Part shown: in pieces, positions 49,913 to 59,461 of the stretch
How positions within the stretch are numbered: the stretch's first letter is position 1
Layout of the letters: each line of letters opens with the position of its first letter
Position numbers and translations under genes: made by a program
Source: Thermoplasmata archaeon
GTDB taxonomy: Archaea; Thermoplasmatota; Thermoplasmata; Thermoplasmatales; Thermoplasmataceae
Length of the DNA: 64,000 bases
Assembly: GCA_021809755.1 (NCBI GenBank)
Contig: JAJZJZ010000001.1
Span: forward strand, 24,204 to 88,203
Reading direction: 5' to 3'
Notes under the pieces: model-generated
Told to the model about the DNA's origin: nothing
Databases searched by the model: none
What the model saw: the letters and a program-made list of their open reading frames with translations, nothing else

Positions 49913-50497
49913 ATGAGAAACAAAATAGTGGTAATTATTATTACATTTATACTATTATATTCATTTCTATTCACTTTGGAAAACGGTGAACTAAGTCAAC
50001 ACGGTAATAGCGGTATAAATGAAAATCTACAATCATTTATAATAAAACAAAAACATTCTAATAATTTCTTAACAGATTCATATTATATATTTTTTAATGA
50101 ATCAGGGCTGCCATCGGGGTCAAACTGGTCCGTCTCACTTAAAAGTTCCCAAGGAAGTATTTCGGAATATACAGCATCAAGTCAGATAATATTTTATGTT
50201 TCGGGGGGAAACTACTCTGTCACAATTTATGTTCCAGATGGATATACTATAAATTCGCAATCAGGCAAATCATATTCCATAATCAATCAACAAAATAGTG
50301 CAGGTGGAGGAAAGAATATCTCTGTGGGATATATCAATGTCAATGGAAATGCGTATATTCCTGTGAGCGTGATAACTGACAATAATGGAAGTGATATAAT
50401 CATAGTAACTTCCATAATAGTATCTCTATTAGCAATACTTTTCGTATTATATTACTACACGAGGTATAACGCAAAAAACAAAATACAAACAAAATAG
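49913..50497 (+). CDS. Membrane-anchored surface protein with one ESGLP-type beta domain
   Basis: N-terminal hydrophobic helix, FNESGLPSGSNWSV...GNYS motif, C-terminal TM plus basic tail. Confidence 0.7.
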   Translation: MRNKIVVIIITFILLYSFLFTLENGELSQHGNSGINENLQSFIIKQKHSNNFLTDSYYIFFNESGLPSGSNWSVSLKSSQGSISEYTASSQIIFYVSGGNYSVTIYVPDGYTINSQSGKSYSIINQQNSAGGGKNISVGYINVNGNAYIPVSVITDNNGSDIIIVTSIIVSLLAILFVLYYYTRYNAKNKIQTK

Positions 50498-50649
50498 AGT
50501 GAACAAATCAAACTAAGTGATTTCAAGTGAATTGAAAGCCACGATAAAAATAAAACCTCCTTTTGTAATCCACTTTATCAATGAACATGGAAAACTCTTT
50601 TTAACGGCCATATGGAAATCCTTATTACAGAAACTCGTAATATTGAATT

Positions 50650-51306
50650 GTGAAAGGCTCTTCCACGAATGCAGAAGATTACCTTAAATGCATAAATGAA
50701 TATATGGATTTACAAGGTTACGCTGCTCTAAAAGATATCGCATTGATTTTAGGTACCGTAAGACAAACGGTACTAGACGAAATCAAAATCCTAATGGATC
50801 GGGGACTTGTGCAGAGGAAGGAGAAGGGAAAATATGAACTCACAGAAACAGGTATGAAAGAGGCTTTTAAGTTCCTTAGAAAGCATCGAGTTGCGGAAAT
50901 TCTCCTTTGGAAAGGGCTTGGAATGAAATGGTCTGAGCTAGATGACCAAGCCATGGGCATAGAGCACGGTATGACCGAGGAAATAATTGAGAAGGTTTGC
51001 AAAAATTTTGGGTGTATAAAATGTCCACATGGTAACTATGTTCCAGATAAAAATGGAAATGTTAAAGAATCAAAGGATATAAAAGTCAGTGAATTCAATT
51101 CCTCCAGAAAAATAAAGGTATCAAGGGTAATATTTGAGAGCCCTGATATACTAAAATTTATGGAAAATAATGGTCTATATCCCGGTTCTAATTTGATAAT
51201 TGTAGATGAGGAACACATTAAAGTCGCTCCGGATATGGAATCTATCAAGGTTCCAGATAATTTTTTTCGTGCAGTAAGATTCACAAGCATTGAAGATAAT
51301 CAATAA
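50650..51306 (+). CDS. DtxR/MntR-family metal-dependent transcriptional regulator
   Basis: EDYLK, wHTH, RKHRVAE, IEH, CPHG, FeoA-like C-terminal domain. Confidence 0.9.
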   Translation: MKGSSTNAEDYLKCINEYMDLQGYAALKDIALILGTVRQTVLDEIKILMDRGLVQRKEKGKYELTETGMKEAFKFLRKHRVAEILLWKGLGMKWSELDDQAMGIEHGMTEEIIEKVCKNFGCIKCPHGNYVPDKNGNVKESKDIKVSEFNSSRKIKVSRVIFESPDILKFMENNGLYPGSNLIIVDEEHIKVAPDMESIKVPDNFFRAVRFTSIEDNQ

Positions 51307-51435
51307 AATAGAATAGACAATTTCCAACATATAAAAGAACTTCCTCAGATCGTCTTCGAAGATCACTCTTTATTTCTTAAATCTAATAGTTCTTAAATAT
51401 TAACATGGCATATCTTTAAATTCAGGAGACAAAGA

Positions 51436-51786
51436 ATGGTTGATAAAGCTAATGGAAAGTATACGAATTCTTCAGTAGAGGGAGAAGATCAGACAGTAAG
51501 AGTCATATTGCCAAATAAGAGAAAAGGGGAAATGTACGGGGTAGTCGAAAAACTGTCTGGGGCATCTCATCTAACGGTTATGTGTGAGGATGGTTTCACT
51601 AGAATTTCCAGAATTCCCGGTAAAATGAAGAAGAGAATGTGGATCAAAGAGAGAGATCTTGTGATCATAAAGCCATGGCAATTTCAATCAGAGAAGGCAG
51701 ATGTTGTATACAGATATACCCAAACTCAGGCTGGCTATTTAAGCAGAAACAGATTACTTCCTGACGTAATAGACATTTTCAAGTAA
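51436..51786 (+). CDS. eif1a: Translation initiation factor aIF-1A
   Basis: CEDGFTRISRIPGKMKKRMWI...PWQFQ...YRYT. Confidence 0.95.
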   Translation: MVDKANGKYTNSSVEGEDQTVRVILPNKRKGEMYGVVEKLSGASHLTVMCEDGFTRISRIPGKMKKRMWIKERDLVIIKPWQFQSEKADVVYRYTQTQAGYLSRNRLLPDVIDIFK

Positions 51787-51790
51787 TTTT

Positions 51791-52579
51791 ATGGATACCG
51801 ATAAAAGTGCATTAAAGCAGCTTCTGGAGGCAGGCGAGTTCAGGAGAGGGGATGACCCCGGCCGTAAAACAGTGGATAAGGTTTTTGATGCGAGGACTCT
51901 GGAAGCTCTATATGATGTAATGAAAAGGTTCAAAGTTGATTTAATCGATTATCCGGTTTCTACAGGAAAAGAATCAGTTGTTTTTAAGGCAATTGTAAGG
52001 AAAAAGAACATCGCAATCAAAATATACAAGATGTCCACGCTGGGATTCAATTCAGTAAGGGAATATATAGAAGGGGATTATCGTTTTGAAAAGGAGAAGT
52101 TATCCAGAGGGTCTATTGTATATGTATGGGCAAGAAAGGAATTCATTAATCTGAGAAATATGGAAGAACATGGTGTTAAATGTCCGGTTCCAATAGGAGT
52201 TCATAAAAACGTCCTCTTAATGCAATATCTAGGTACATCTCTTAAACCTGCTCCTCAGCTCAGAAACTATAATGGTGATGATATGGAAACGTACATACAT
52301 TCTGCAATGAATCAATATAAGCAAATGGTTGAAAAGGCTTTATTAATCCATGCGGACCTCAGTGAATATAACATATTATGCTACAGAAAAAATGCATACA
52401 TCATCGATGTCGGCCAGAGCGTTCCCATTACACATCCAATGGCTCATGAATTTCTAAAAAGAGACGTAAATAATATGATAATATTTGCAAAGAAAGCTGG
52501 TATTTTAGAGGAAGAACTGACTCTTCCATCGTTTTACCATAATTGGCCAGAGGATCCACACAAACTACTCAGAAAATAA
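51791..52579 (+). CDS. rio1: RIO1 serine kinase
   Basis: STGKESVV, WARKEF, HADLSEYN, IDVGQSV. Confidence 0.93.
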   Translation: MDTDKSALKQLLEAGEFRRGDDPGRKTVDKVFDARTLEALYDVMKRFKVDLIDYPVSTGKESVVFKAIVRKKNIAIKIYKMSTLGFNSVREYIEGDYRFEKEKLSRGSIVYVWARKEFINLRNMEEHGVKCPVPIGVHKNVLLMQYLGTSLKPAPQLRNYNGDDMETYIHSAMNQYKQMVEKALLIHADLSEYNILCYRKNAYIIDVGQSVPITHPMAHEFLKRDVNNMIIFAKKAGILEEELTLPSFYHNWPEDPHKLLRK

Positions 52580-52593
52580 TAATAAGGAAAATA

Positions 52594-53178
52594 ATGATAA
52601 TGAAAGAAATGGATACTTCAGAAACTACTCAAAATGAGATTGACCTTAAAATTCCCAGAGAGAGAGTAGGAGTGCTTATTGGCAAAGATGGAGAAATTAG
52701 AAAATTAATAGAAGAGAATGGTGAAATTAGTCTTCTTATAGATTCACGGGAAGGAGATGTGCGTATAATCCAGCGCGGGGATCCACTTAGGGCAAATATT
52801 AGTGCTGAGGTTGTAAAGGCGATTGGCAGAGGATTCAACCCAGAAAAAGCCATGTTTCTCTTCGATGAGAATTATCAGTTGATTGTTATGACTCTGAGAG
52901 AATACGCAAGAAAAGGCTCTAGGAGGATAGGGGAAATTAAGGGTAGAATAATTGGCAGAGAAGGGAAGACAAGAAAGGTGATAGAGGATTTAACCGGAAC
53001 CAGTATTTCGATATACGGTGATACTGTTTCCGTCATTGGTGATTATATTTCAATAAAATACTCTCTTGAAGCCATTAAGATGATTATAGAGGGAAGGAAG
53101 CAGAGAACAGTATATAATTTCCTTGAGGGAAACGTAAAGAAAATGAAGATGGAAAAGCTGGAAGAGGCATTCAGGTAA
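52594..53178 (+). CDS. KH-domain rRNA-processing protein (Dim2/Pno1)
   Basis: GVLIGKDG, AIGRGFNPE, KGRIIGREGKTR; exact start uncertain (52594, 52600 or 52609). Confidence 0.9.
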   Translation: MIMKEMDTSETTQNEIDLKIPRERVGVLIGKDGEIRKLIEENGEISLLIDSREGDVRIIQRGDPLRANISAEVVKAIGRGFNPEKAMFLFDENYQLIVMTLREYARKGSRRIGEIKGRIIGREGKTRKVIEDLTGTSISIYGDTVSVIGDYISIKYSLEAIKMIIEGRKQRTVYNFLEGNVKKMKMEKLEEAFR

Positions 53179-53312
53179 CCCAAAGCATACAATTAGGTCT
53201 CATAAAAAACCGAAGCAAATTCTGATTTTAAGACGGCGGTTATGGTACGATTTTTTCGCAAAGTCATCGTAAAACCTTAAGCTTATATGATAAACGAGCA
53301 TTTCGATGATGA

Positions 53313-53387
53313 AGCGGGGTGGGGTAGTTAGGAAATCCCGACGGGCTCATAACCCGTAGATCGATGGTTCAAATCCATTCCCCGCTA
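53313..53387 (+). tRNA. Initiator tRNA-Met (CAT)
   Basis: AGCGGGG/CCCCGCT acceptor stem with A1:U72; anticodon arm ACGGG-CTCATAA-CCCGT with three consecutive G:C pairs; GGTTCAAATCC T-arm; CCA not encoded. Confidence 0.96.
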
Positions 53388-54148
53388 TTGGTTTTCTCAA
53401 TCTCATTAAGAATAGATTCAAAATTTGATTTTCCTGTTAAGATCTTTCCAGTGAATCCAGAGCTTATTATTTTTTCCTTTGTGGGTTCTCCTATTGCATA
53501 AATTACGGTTTCTTTATGAATTTTAATTTTCTCATCCTTAAGAATTTTGAAGAATATGTTAGCTTCCATTGAAGAAGTAAGTATTATGGCACTCAGATCC
53601 TTGGACCTTAAGCAATTCAACAATGTCTCCCGATTCTCAAAATCTTCCAATATGTTATAAAGGACAATCTCAACGAAATCTCTTTTATCCATTTCAAGAA
53701 ATCTGTTAAGAATTGGGTTGCCTTTGTCGCTTCTCATAATTATGATCCTAGATTCTCTTGGAATTCTTTCCTTAAGAAGCTCAATAATTCCATTGGTGCT
53801 CTTATTCTCAGGAATATAAACGTTAATACCTTCTTTTATTAGAGGCTCTGCAGTGGAAGCTCCAATTGCAATAAAATTCAGATCTTTTCTGTGTAACCTT
53901 TTCCAAATGTCCTCTATAAAAATATTAGCTCCGTAACTGCTCGTAATAATTATAACATCAGGGTCGAATTTCTTTATTAATGCAATATGAGAAGAATCAA
54001 TTTTTCTCCTTTTTAGTTTGGTCAATGGAATGTTAATGAGATTGTAATGATAATGTTCTTTTTCTGAAGTAAATTTTTCAGCGGGTCTCGTACTCAGAAC
54101 GGTATAAGCATTTAAAATATTATTATTCTCTAGTTCTTTTTCCTTCAT
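53369..54148 (-). CDS. hemD: Uroporphyrinogen-III synthase
   Basis: STRP, ITSSYG, AIGAST, LTSSME, AIGEPT; follows hemC; ATG 54148 with SD GGGAG. Confidence 0.85.
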   Translation of the reverse strand: MKEKELENNNILNAYTVLSTRPAEKFTSEKEHYHYNLINIPLTKLKRRKIDSSHIALIKKFDPDVIIITSSYGANIFIEDIWKRLHRKDLNFIAIGASTAEPLIKEGINVYIPENKSTNGIIELLKERIPRESRIIIMRSDKGNPILNRFLEMDKRDFVEIVLYNILEDFENRETLLNCLRSKDLSAIILTSSMEANIFFKILKDEKIKIHKETVIYAIGEPTKEKIISSGFTGKILTGKSNFESILNEIEKTNSGEWI

Positions 54149-55004
54149 AAAGCTCCCTACAAATGCCTTCAATTTTCGACAGATCATCCGAAAATCCATG
54201 TGAAAAATTTATTTCTCTCTCATTGGATATACAAATGTGATAGCTGTATCCATTTTCATTTGGGAGTATAAGAATACCAAAGGGAACTGTACACGATGCA
54301 CCCATTATTTTCATGCAGCGTCTCTCAGCTTGAAGTCTATCCATACTCCATGATTCTGAAAACTTTTTCAGATAGTTTGAAATTTCTGAATTCTTAAGGG
54401 CAGTTACCGCTATAATCCCCTGACCAGGTGCGGGGACAAATATGTCTTCCGGCAACTCAAACCCTTCTGGATTCAGCTTAAGTCTGTCTAGTCCTGCCTT
54501 TGCTAGAATTATCCCGTCGAGATTGGATTCATTTTTTTTTCTTATTCTTGTTTCAACGTTTCCCCTTATATTTACTACTTCAATGTCTGGTCTTATATGC
54601 TTGATTTCTGCCATTCTTCTAGCGGATGAGGTTCCTATTCTTCCGCCTTCTTTAATACTATTTAAATCATATTTTCCAACTAGAAAATCTTTGTAATTGT
54701 GGCCCTCAATCGCCATGCAAATTTCTATTTCCTCATTTAGAGTAGATGGAATATCCTTTGCACTATGAACTGCCAAATCTAATTTTCCATCCATAATCAT
54801 AGCGTTAAGTTTCTCTGTAAAAACACCGGTTCCCCCTATCTCGCTTAATGAAGATGTAAGATCAACATCCCCTTGGGATTTTACTTCAACAATTTTTGTT
54901 TTTATATCTGCCCAATCTACTGTATTTAGGAAAACTTTAGTCTGATTTAATGCGAGTTTGCTCCCTCTGGTTCCAATCTTAATTTCTGGAAGCTTCAATT
55001 CCAC
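54123..55004 (-). CDS. hemC: Porphobilinogen deaminase (hydroxymethylbilane synthase)
   Basis: GTRGSKLAL, AVHSAKDIP, GTSSARR, IRGNVETR, PAPGQG, ERRCM...ASCTVP. Confidence 0.95.
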   Translation of the reverse strand: MELKLPEIKIGTRGSKLALNQTKVFLNTVDWADIKTKIVEVKSQGDVDLTSSLSEIGGTGVFTEKLNAMIMDGKLDLAVHSAKDIPSTLNEEIEICMAIEGHNYKDFLVGKYDLNSIKEGGRIGTSSARRMAEIKHIRPDIEVVNIRGNVETRIRKKNESNLDGIILAKAGLDRLKLNPEGFELPEDIFVPAPGQGIIAVTALKNSEISNYLKKFSESWSMDRLQAERRCMKIMGASCTVPFGILILPNENGYSYHICISNEREINFSHGFSDDLSKIEGICRELYEGKRTRE

Positions 55005-56241
55005 CCTCCATTACTGTAGCAGCGATTTCAACATCTTCCGGAGAATGAAGAAATCCCACGAAATTCGTTTCGTATTGTCCTGGTGACAAGTATACTCCTT
55101 TCTGAAGGCAATATTTAAAAAAGCTCATGAATCTTTTACTGTCAGAAGCCATGGCCGATTTGAAATTATATACTCGGCTTCCCGTGAAGAAAATTTGGAA
55201 CATCGATTTATATTGGTTCAAAATTATTTCATGATCGGTTATGTATGGTTGGAGAATATTCGTTATTATGTCAGTCATTTTTCTTATATATTCATAATCT
55301 GCAGATTTGAGGTATTTAAGAGTTGCAAGGCCAGTAGCCATTGTGGCAGGGTTCGCTGAAAATGTTCCAGATTGATATACCTTTCCTAAAGGGCTTATCA
55401 TCTCCATTATTTTCTTTTTTCCGCCGAAAAGACCTATGGGGAGTCCTCCGCCTATTATTTTTCCCAAAATAGTTAGATCAGGGTTTAAACCTTCGATGTT
55501 CTGGTAACCTTTATAACCGAACCTGAATCCCGTTATTACTTCGTCAAGGATGAATAAAGCTCCATTTTCATGACATATTTTCTCAAGATTCTTAAGGTAA
55601 CCATCTTCTGGAGTAATAAGTCCTATATTTCCTAGAATAGGTTCAACAATAAGCGCAGCGATTTGATCTTTGTATTTCCTGAAGAGTGCTTCAGTGTCAG
55701 CAATATTGTTATAATCTGATATAAGAACCGTTTTTCCAATTTCCTCTGGTATTCCGGGCGATGAGGGAGTACCAAAGGTTAGAGCTCCGCTTCCTGCATT
55801 TATGAGCACATAATCATGCGACCCATGAAATCCTGCATTCATCTTTATAATTAATTTTCTACCAGTATAGGCTCTTGCAAGTCGTATGGCGTGCATTGTG
55901 GCTTCAGTCCCTGAATTTGTAAATCGCATCATTTCTATGGAGGGAATGCCTGCCTTAATCTCAATAGCAAGCTTTATTTCAAGTTCTGAGGGAACTCCAA
56001 GAGGCACGCTTAAATAGTCCATTTCGTGGATTTCAGAAATAATCTCTTCATTCCCGTAACCTGCGATCATTGCTCCAAATCCAAGATTAAAATCTAGATA
56101 TTCTTTTCCATCTACATCAAAAATTCTATCTCCCAGTGCCTTTCTAAAATAAACAGGATTTGGAGTATAAAATCTTACAGGGGAATTTACACCGCTTGGA
56201 AAGAGGTTTTTTGCCTTATTGAAAAGTTCGGCAGAATTCAT
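54979..56241 (-). CDS. hemL: Glutamate-1-semialdehyde 2,1-aminomutase
   Basis: GVNSPVR, NSGTEATM, DEVITGFR, LGKIIGGGLP, SGTFSANP. Confidence 0.95.
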   Translation of the reverse strand: MNSAELFNKAKNLFPSGVNSPVRFYTPNPVYFRKALGDRIFDVDGKEYLDFNLGFGAMIAGYGNEEIISEIHEMDYLSVPLGVPSELEIKLAIEIKAGIPSIEMMRFTNSGTEATMHAIRLARAYTGRKLIIKMNAGFHGSHDYVLINAGSGALTFGTPSSPGIPEEIGKTVLISDYNNIADTEALFRKYKDQIAALIVEPILGNIGLITPEDGYLKNLEKICHENGALFILDEVITGFRFGYKGYQNIEGLNPDLTILGKIIGGGLPIGLFGGKKKIMEMISPLGKVYQSGTFSANPATMATGLATLKYLKSADYEYIRKMTDIITNILQPYITDHEIILNQYKSMFQIFFTGSRVYNFKSAMASDSKRFMSFFKYCLQKGVYLSPGQYETNFVGFLHSPEDVEIAATVMEGGIEASRN

Positions 56242-56316
56242 TTGCAGGTATTATATCCGTGAATTTACGCTTTTCTTTTCATTAGTCCAATTTGATAAAA
56301 ATTCTAAAACAAATCC

Positions 56317-56334
56317 TATGGTAATAATACCATA
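56317..56334. promoter_or_regulatory. Palindrome in the divergent hemL / methyltransferase intergenic region
   Basis: TATGGTA-ATAA-TACCATA (perfect 7-bp arms). Confidence 0.35.
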
Positions 56335-56406
56335 TAGGAACCATAGAGAAAAGTGTTAAAAATGCATACTCGTAAATGATAAAAAGCCTCTAGACATGGG
56401 TGCATA

Positions 56407-57420
56407 TTGAAAAGCTACGGTCTGTCTATACCAAGAGATAAATTCAATTATGTTTATAAATATCTTTATGAAAAACATTTACTTAGGTTAGACCTAAAGA
56501 TTATTTCCAGAGAAAAAATCCGAGTTCTACCAATTTTAAGCGTATTCAAATTAGAACAGTATGAATCAGAAATATTTGATTTCCCCTTATCCCATGCCGA
56601 TTCTGTCACAAATATCCTTGAAGAAGCAAGTAAGAATCTTAAAGAACCAATCAATGAAAAAATTGAATGGTACAGGTTGGGTAAGTGCATAATTTTGAAA
56701 CAATGGGGAAATAGTAAACAAGAGAAATTGGCTGCGCTTGAGCTCGTAAAAAAAGGAAAAGCCTCAGCAGTTTATAGGAAATCTGGTAAAATTACAGGTG
56801 AGAAGCGTAAACCCTCCATAGAATTACTTGCTGGGAAAGGAGGGGAAATGCAATATATAGAGAACGGTGTAAGGTATATATTCGATCCAGAAAAAATAAT
56901 GATAAGCAAGGGGAATTTAAGGGAAAGAAATTACATAGCATCGATTGGAATTAACCCAAAGAATGTTCTTGACATGTTTTCAGGTATAGGGTATTTTTCA
57001 CTTCCCATAGGGAAATACAAGAGACCTATAACGATGACATGCCTTGATGTAAATGAGGACGCTCTGCACTATTTAAAGACGGCAAGCGAATTAAACCGCA
57101 TATCCTCTAAGATAGATATTTTTAATCAAGATTGCAGGAGTTTTCATGGAAAAATAAGTTATGATCTTATCGTAATGGGTAATTTCAAGAGTTATTCATA
57201 TTTACCATATGCACTGAGGAACACTAAAGAGGAAGGTCGATTATTATTGCATATCATAGTTCCAACCGAAAAGATTGTAATTCTGAACTATCTAATTATG
57301 GAAAGAATAAGAAAATTTGGATACCGGGCCATTATAGAAAATGCCCATAAGGTGAAATCATTTTCACCGCATGTCTGGCACATGTCTGTAACAATTCTAA
57401 TACTTCAGTTAGAATTATAA
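56407..57420 (+). CDS. Trm5/Taw2 (Met-10+ like) SAM-dependent tRNA-modifying transferase
   Basis: ENGVRYIFDPEKIMISKGNLRER, DMFSGIGYF, VKSFSP. Confidence 0.82.
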   Translation: MKSYGLSIPRDKFNYVYKYLYEKHLLRLDLKIISREKIRVLPILSVFKLEQYESEIFDFPLSHADSVTNILEEASKNLKEPINEKIEWYRLGKCIILKQWGNSKQEKLAALELVKKGKASAVYRKSGKITGEKRKPSIELLAGKGGEMQYIENGVRYIFDPEKIMISKGNLRERNYIASIGINPKNVLDMFSGIGYFSLPIGKYKRPITMTCLDVNEDALHYLKTASELNRISSKIDIFNQDCRSFHGKISYDLIVMGNFKSYSYLPYALRNTKEEGRLLLHIIVPTEKIVILNYLIMERIRKFGYRAIIENAHKVKSFSPHVWHMSVTILILQLEL

Positions 57421-57602
57421 AATATTATCTAATTTGTATTTCTGAGAAATGTTCTTTACAAGGAAGGAAGGTTATTTTTAATGGATGAGACTAACAAGGG
57501 GCAATTTTGAAAAACAGACATTAAGGATTTCTATAGAGAAATGATATATATTTTACCTTTTTTAGCCTGAAAATTTAAATATACTTAGAAAATTAAAGTG
57601 GG

Positions 57603-57701
57603 TTGATTTCACTGAGCTATTGGGTAATACCATTAATACTAATCGTCGCTTTTACCTCGGGTTATCTTCTTTACAGCATTTATAGAGCTGAGAAATTATG
57701 A
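57603..57701 (+). CDS. kdpF: KdpF-like single-TM subunit (not in the ORF track)
   Basis: TTG-started 32-aa ORF (M)ISLSYWVIPLILIVAFTSGYLLYSIYRAEKL; YL.Y...AE. C-terminus typical of KdpF; ATGA overlap with kdpA. Confidence 0.75.
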   Translation: MISLSYWVIPLILIVAFTSGYLLYSIYRAEKL

Positions 57702-59461
57702 GTAATGGGGGAACTTCAACAAACTTCTGGCTCAATTTCTTTGTGAGCAACAGGCTTTTTTCCGGGACGATTATCATATTGATTTATCTAATCGTAATTT
57801 CAATATTTGGATTTATAATCGCTGATCACATAAAGAAAATTTATCTGGGTCAACGAACTATTATGACCGGTTTTTCTGAAAAGGCCATATATTTCATAGA
57901 AAAAATAAGTGGTGTAGATGAGAATGAATCACACACTTTCAAGGGATATTTTTTTAGTCTTCTCTTTTTTAATTTGATGGCAGGCGTCTTTACCCTTTTA
58001 TTTTTATTAATTCAAACCAATTATTTCCCGTTGCCAGGACAGAAAGGTTTTTCATTTACTCTTGCAATAAATACAATAAGCAGTTTTCTTACCAATACAA
58101 ATCTTCAGAATTACTCGTCGCCTCAGCGCTTGTCATATTATGAACTTACAATTGTAATTATTGGATTAATGTTTTTGTCTGCTGGAACAGGTTTCGCCGC
58201 ATCAATGGCGTTTATTAGGGGAATAATTAAAGACGATGGAAAGCTGGGAAATTTTTTCCATGATTTCCTGGTTGCAATTTTTGAGTTGATTTTGCCTCTA
58301 TCTCTCTTAGCTACCGTGATTTTCCTCTTCATTGGAATCCCAGAAAGCACTTCTTCTTTTCTCTACATTCATCCGTTCTTCTCCAAATCAGTTATTGGAA
58401 TTCCCATTGGACCGGTGGCTTCTCTGGAAGGGATTAAAAATATAGGAACTAATGGTGGTGGTTTTTATGGAGCAAATGCGGGATATCCCTTTGAAAATCC
58501 CAATTGGATTTCGAATATAGTTGAAGTCGTTTCTTTCACCATAATACCAATGGGTTCAATATTTGCCCTTGGCAGAGTTCTGGAAAGCAGAAATTTTGGA
58601 AGGATGGTTTTTGGTGTTATCATGTCATTATTTATGCTCAGTGCATTTTTTACATTCTTTGGAGAATATGCAGGTTTACCTACGATGAGTAACCTTGGGC
58701 TTTTCTATACGGGTAATTTCCTAGGAAAGGAAACAGCCTTAGGAATCTCACAAACATCTATATTTGCTTCAGGAGCAACCATGACATCAACCGGAGCAGC
58801 TAATTCTGCACTAAACGCTTTTACTCCAGCTGGTATTTTGGGGGTTCTATTTCCAATGCTGCTCAATGATCCACTTGGAGGAGTAGGTACTGGTATTTTA
58901 AACATATTTACCTATGTTATTTTCACGATTTTTTTAGTAGCCTTAATGGTGGGAAAACTCCCGGAACTTTTTAGTCTGAAGATAAGCTCAAAAGAGATAA
59001 AATATTCCACATATTCTCTTATTACGCATCCATTGCTCATAGTAGTTCCCCTAGGAATTACTTTGCTTATTCCTGCATTAATGTCAAGCTTTGTAAGTCC
59101 TAGGCCCGATCAGATAACAGAATTGCTTTATGAGTTTTCATCTGCTGCGGCAAATAATGGTTCTGCCATGGGTGGATTTCAGGAAAATCAGGCATTTTTC
59201 AATATTCTGGAAGCAGGTATAATGCTCACAGGTCGGTTTCTCGTGATGGGTTTCCAACTCATGATCGCTCAGTCTTTTGCCTTCAAGAAGCCAAAGGTTA
59301 CTTACGGTAGATCAGTAAACGTAGGTTCATTCTGGTTCGGTTTCATGCTCTTTTTCACAATGATACTTCTTGGTCTATTATCATTTTTCCCTGTACTTGC
59401 ACTTGGTCCTCTACTTTCCTGGGGAAAGGACTTTAATCTTCTAATAGGGGTGTTGCGTTGA
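57698..59461 (+). CDS. kdpA: K+-transporting ATPase subunit A
   Basis: SFLTNTNLQ, GTNGGGF, HPFENP-like YPFENP, STGAANS, ANNGSA. Confidence 0.95.
   Translation: MSNGGTSTNFWLNFFVSNRLFSGTIIILIYLIVISIFGFIIADHIKKIYLGQRTIMTGFSEKAIYFIEKISGVDENESHTFKGYFFSLLFFNLMAGVFTLLFLLIQTNYFPLPGQKGFSFTLAINTISSFLTNTNLQNYSSPQRLSYYELTIVIIGLMFLSAGTGFAASMAFIRGIIKDDGKLGNFFHDFLVAIFELILPLSLLATVIFLFIGIPESTSSFLYIHPFFSKSVIGIPIGPVASLEGIKNIGTNGGGFYGANAGYPFENPNWISNIVEVVSFTIIPMGSIFALGRVLESRNFGRMVFGVIMSLFMLSAFFTFFGEYAGLPTMSNLGLFYTGNFLGKETALGISQTSIFASGATMTSTGAANSALNAFTPAGILGVLFPMLLNDPLGGVGTGILNIFTYVIFTIFLVALMVGKLPELFSLKISSKEIKYSTYSLITHPLLIVVPLGITLLIPALMSSFVSPRPDQITELLYEFSSAAANNGSAMGGFQENQAFFNILEAGIMLTGRFLVMGFQLMIAQSFAFKKPKVTYGRSVNVGSFWFGFMLFFTMILLGLLSFFPVLALGPLLSWGKDFNLLIGVLR

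Noticed and set aside
53306..53312. ATGATGA (box C-like) directly before the tRNA
   Set aside because: No matching box D (CTGA) at a suitable distance; probably tRNA leader sequence.
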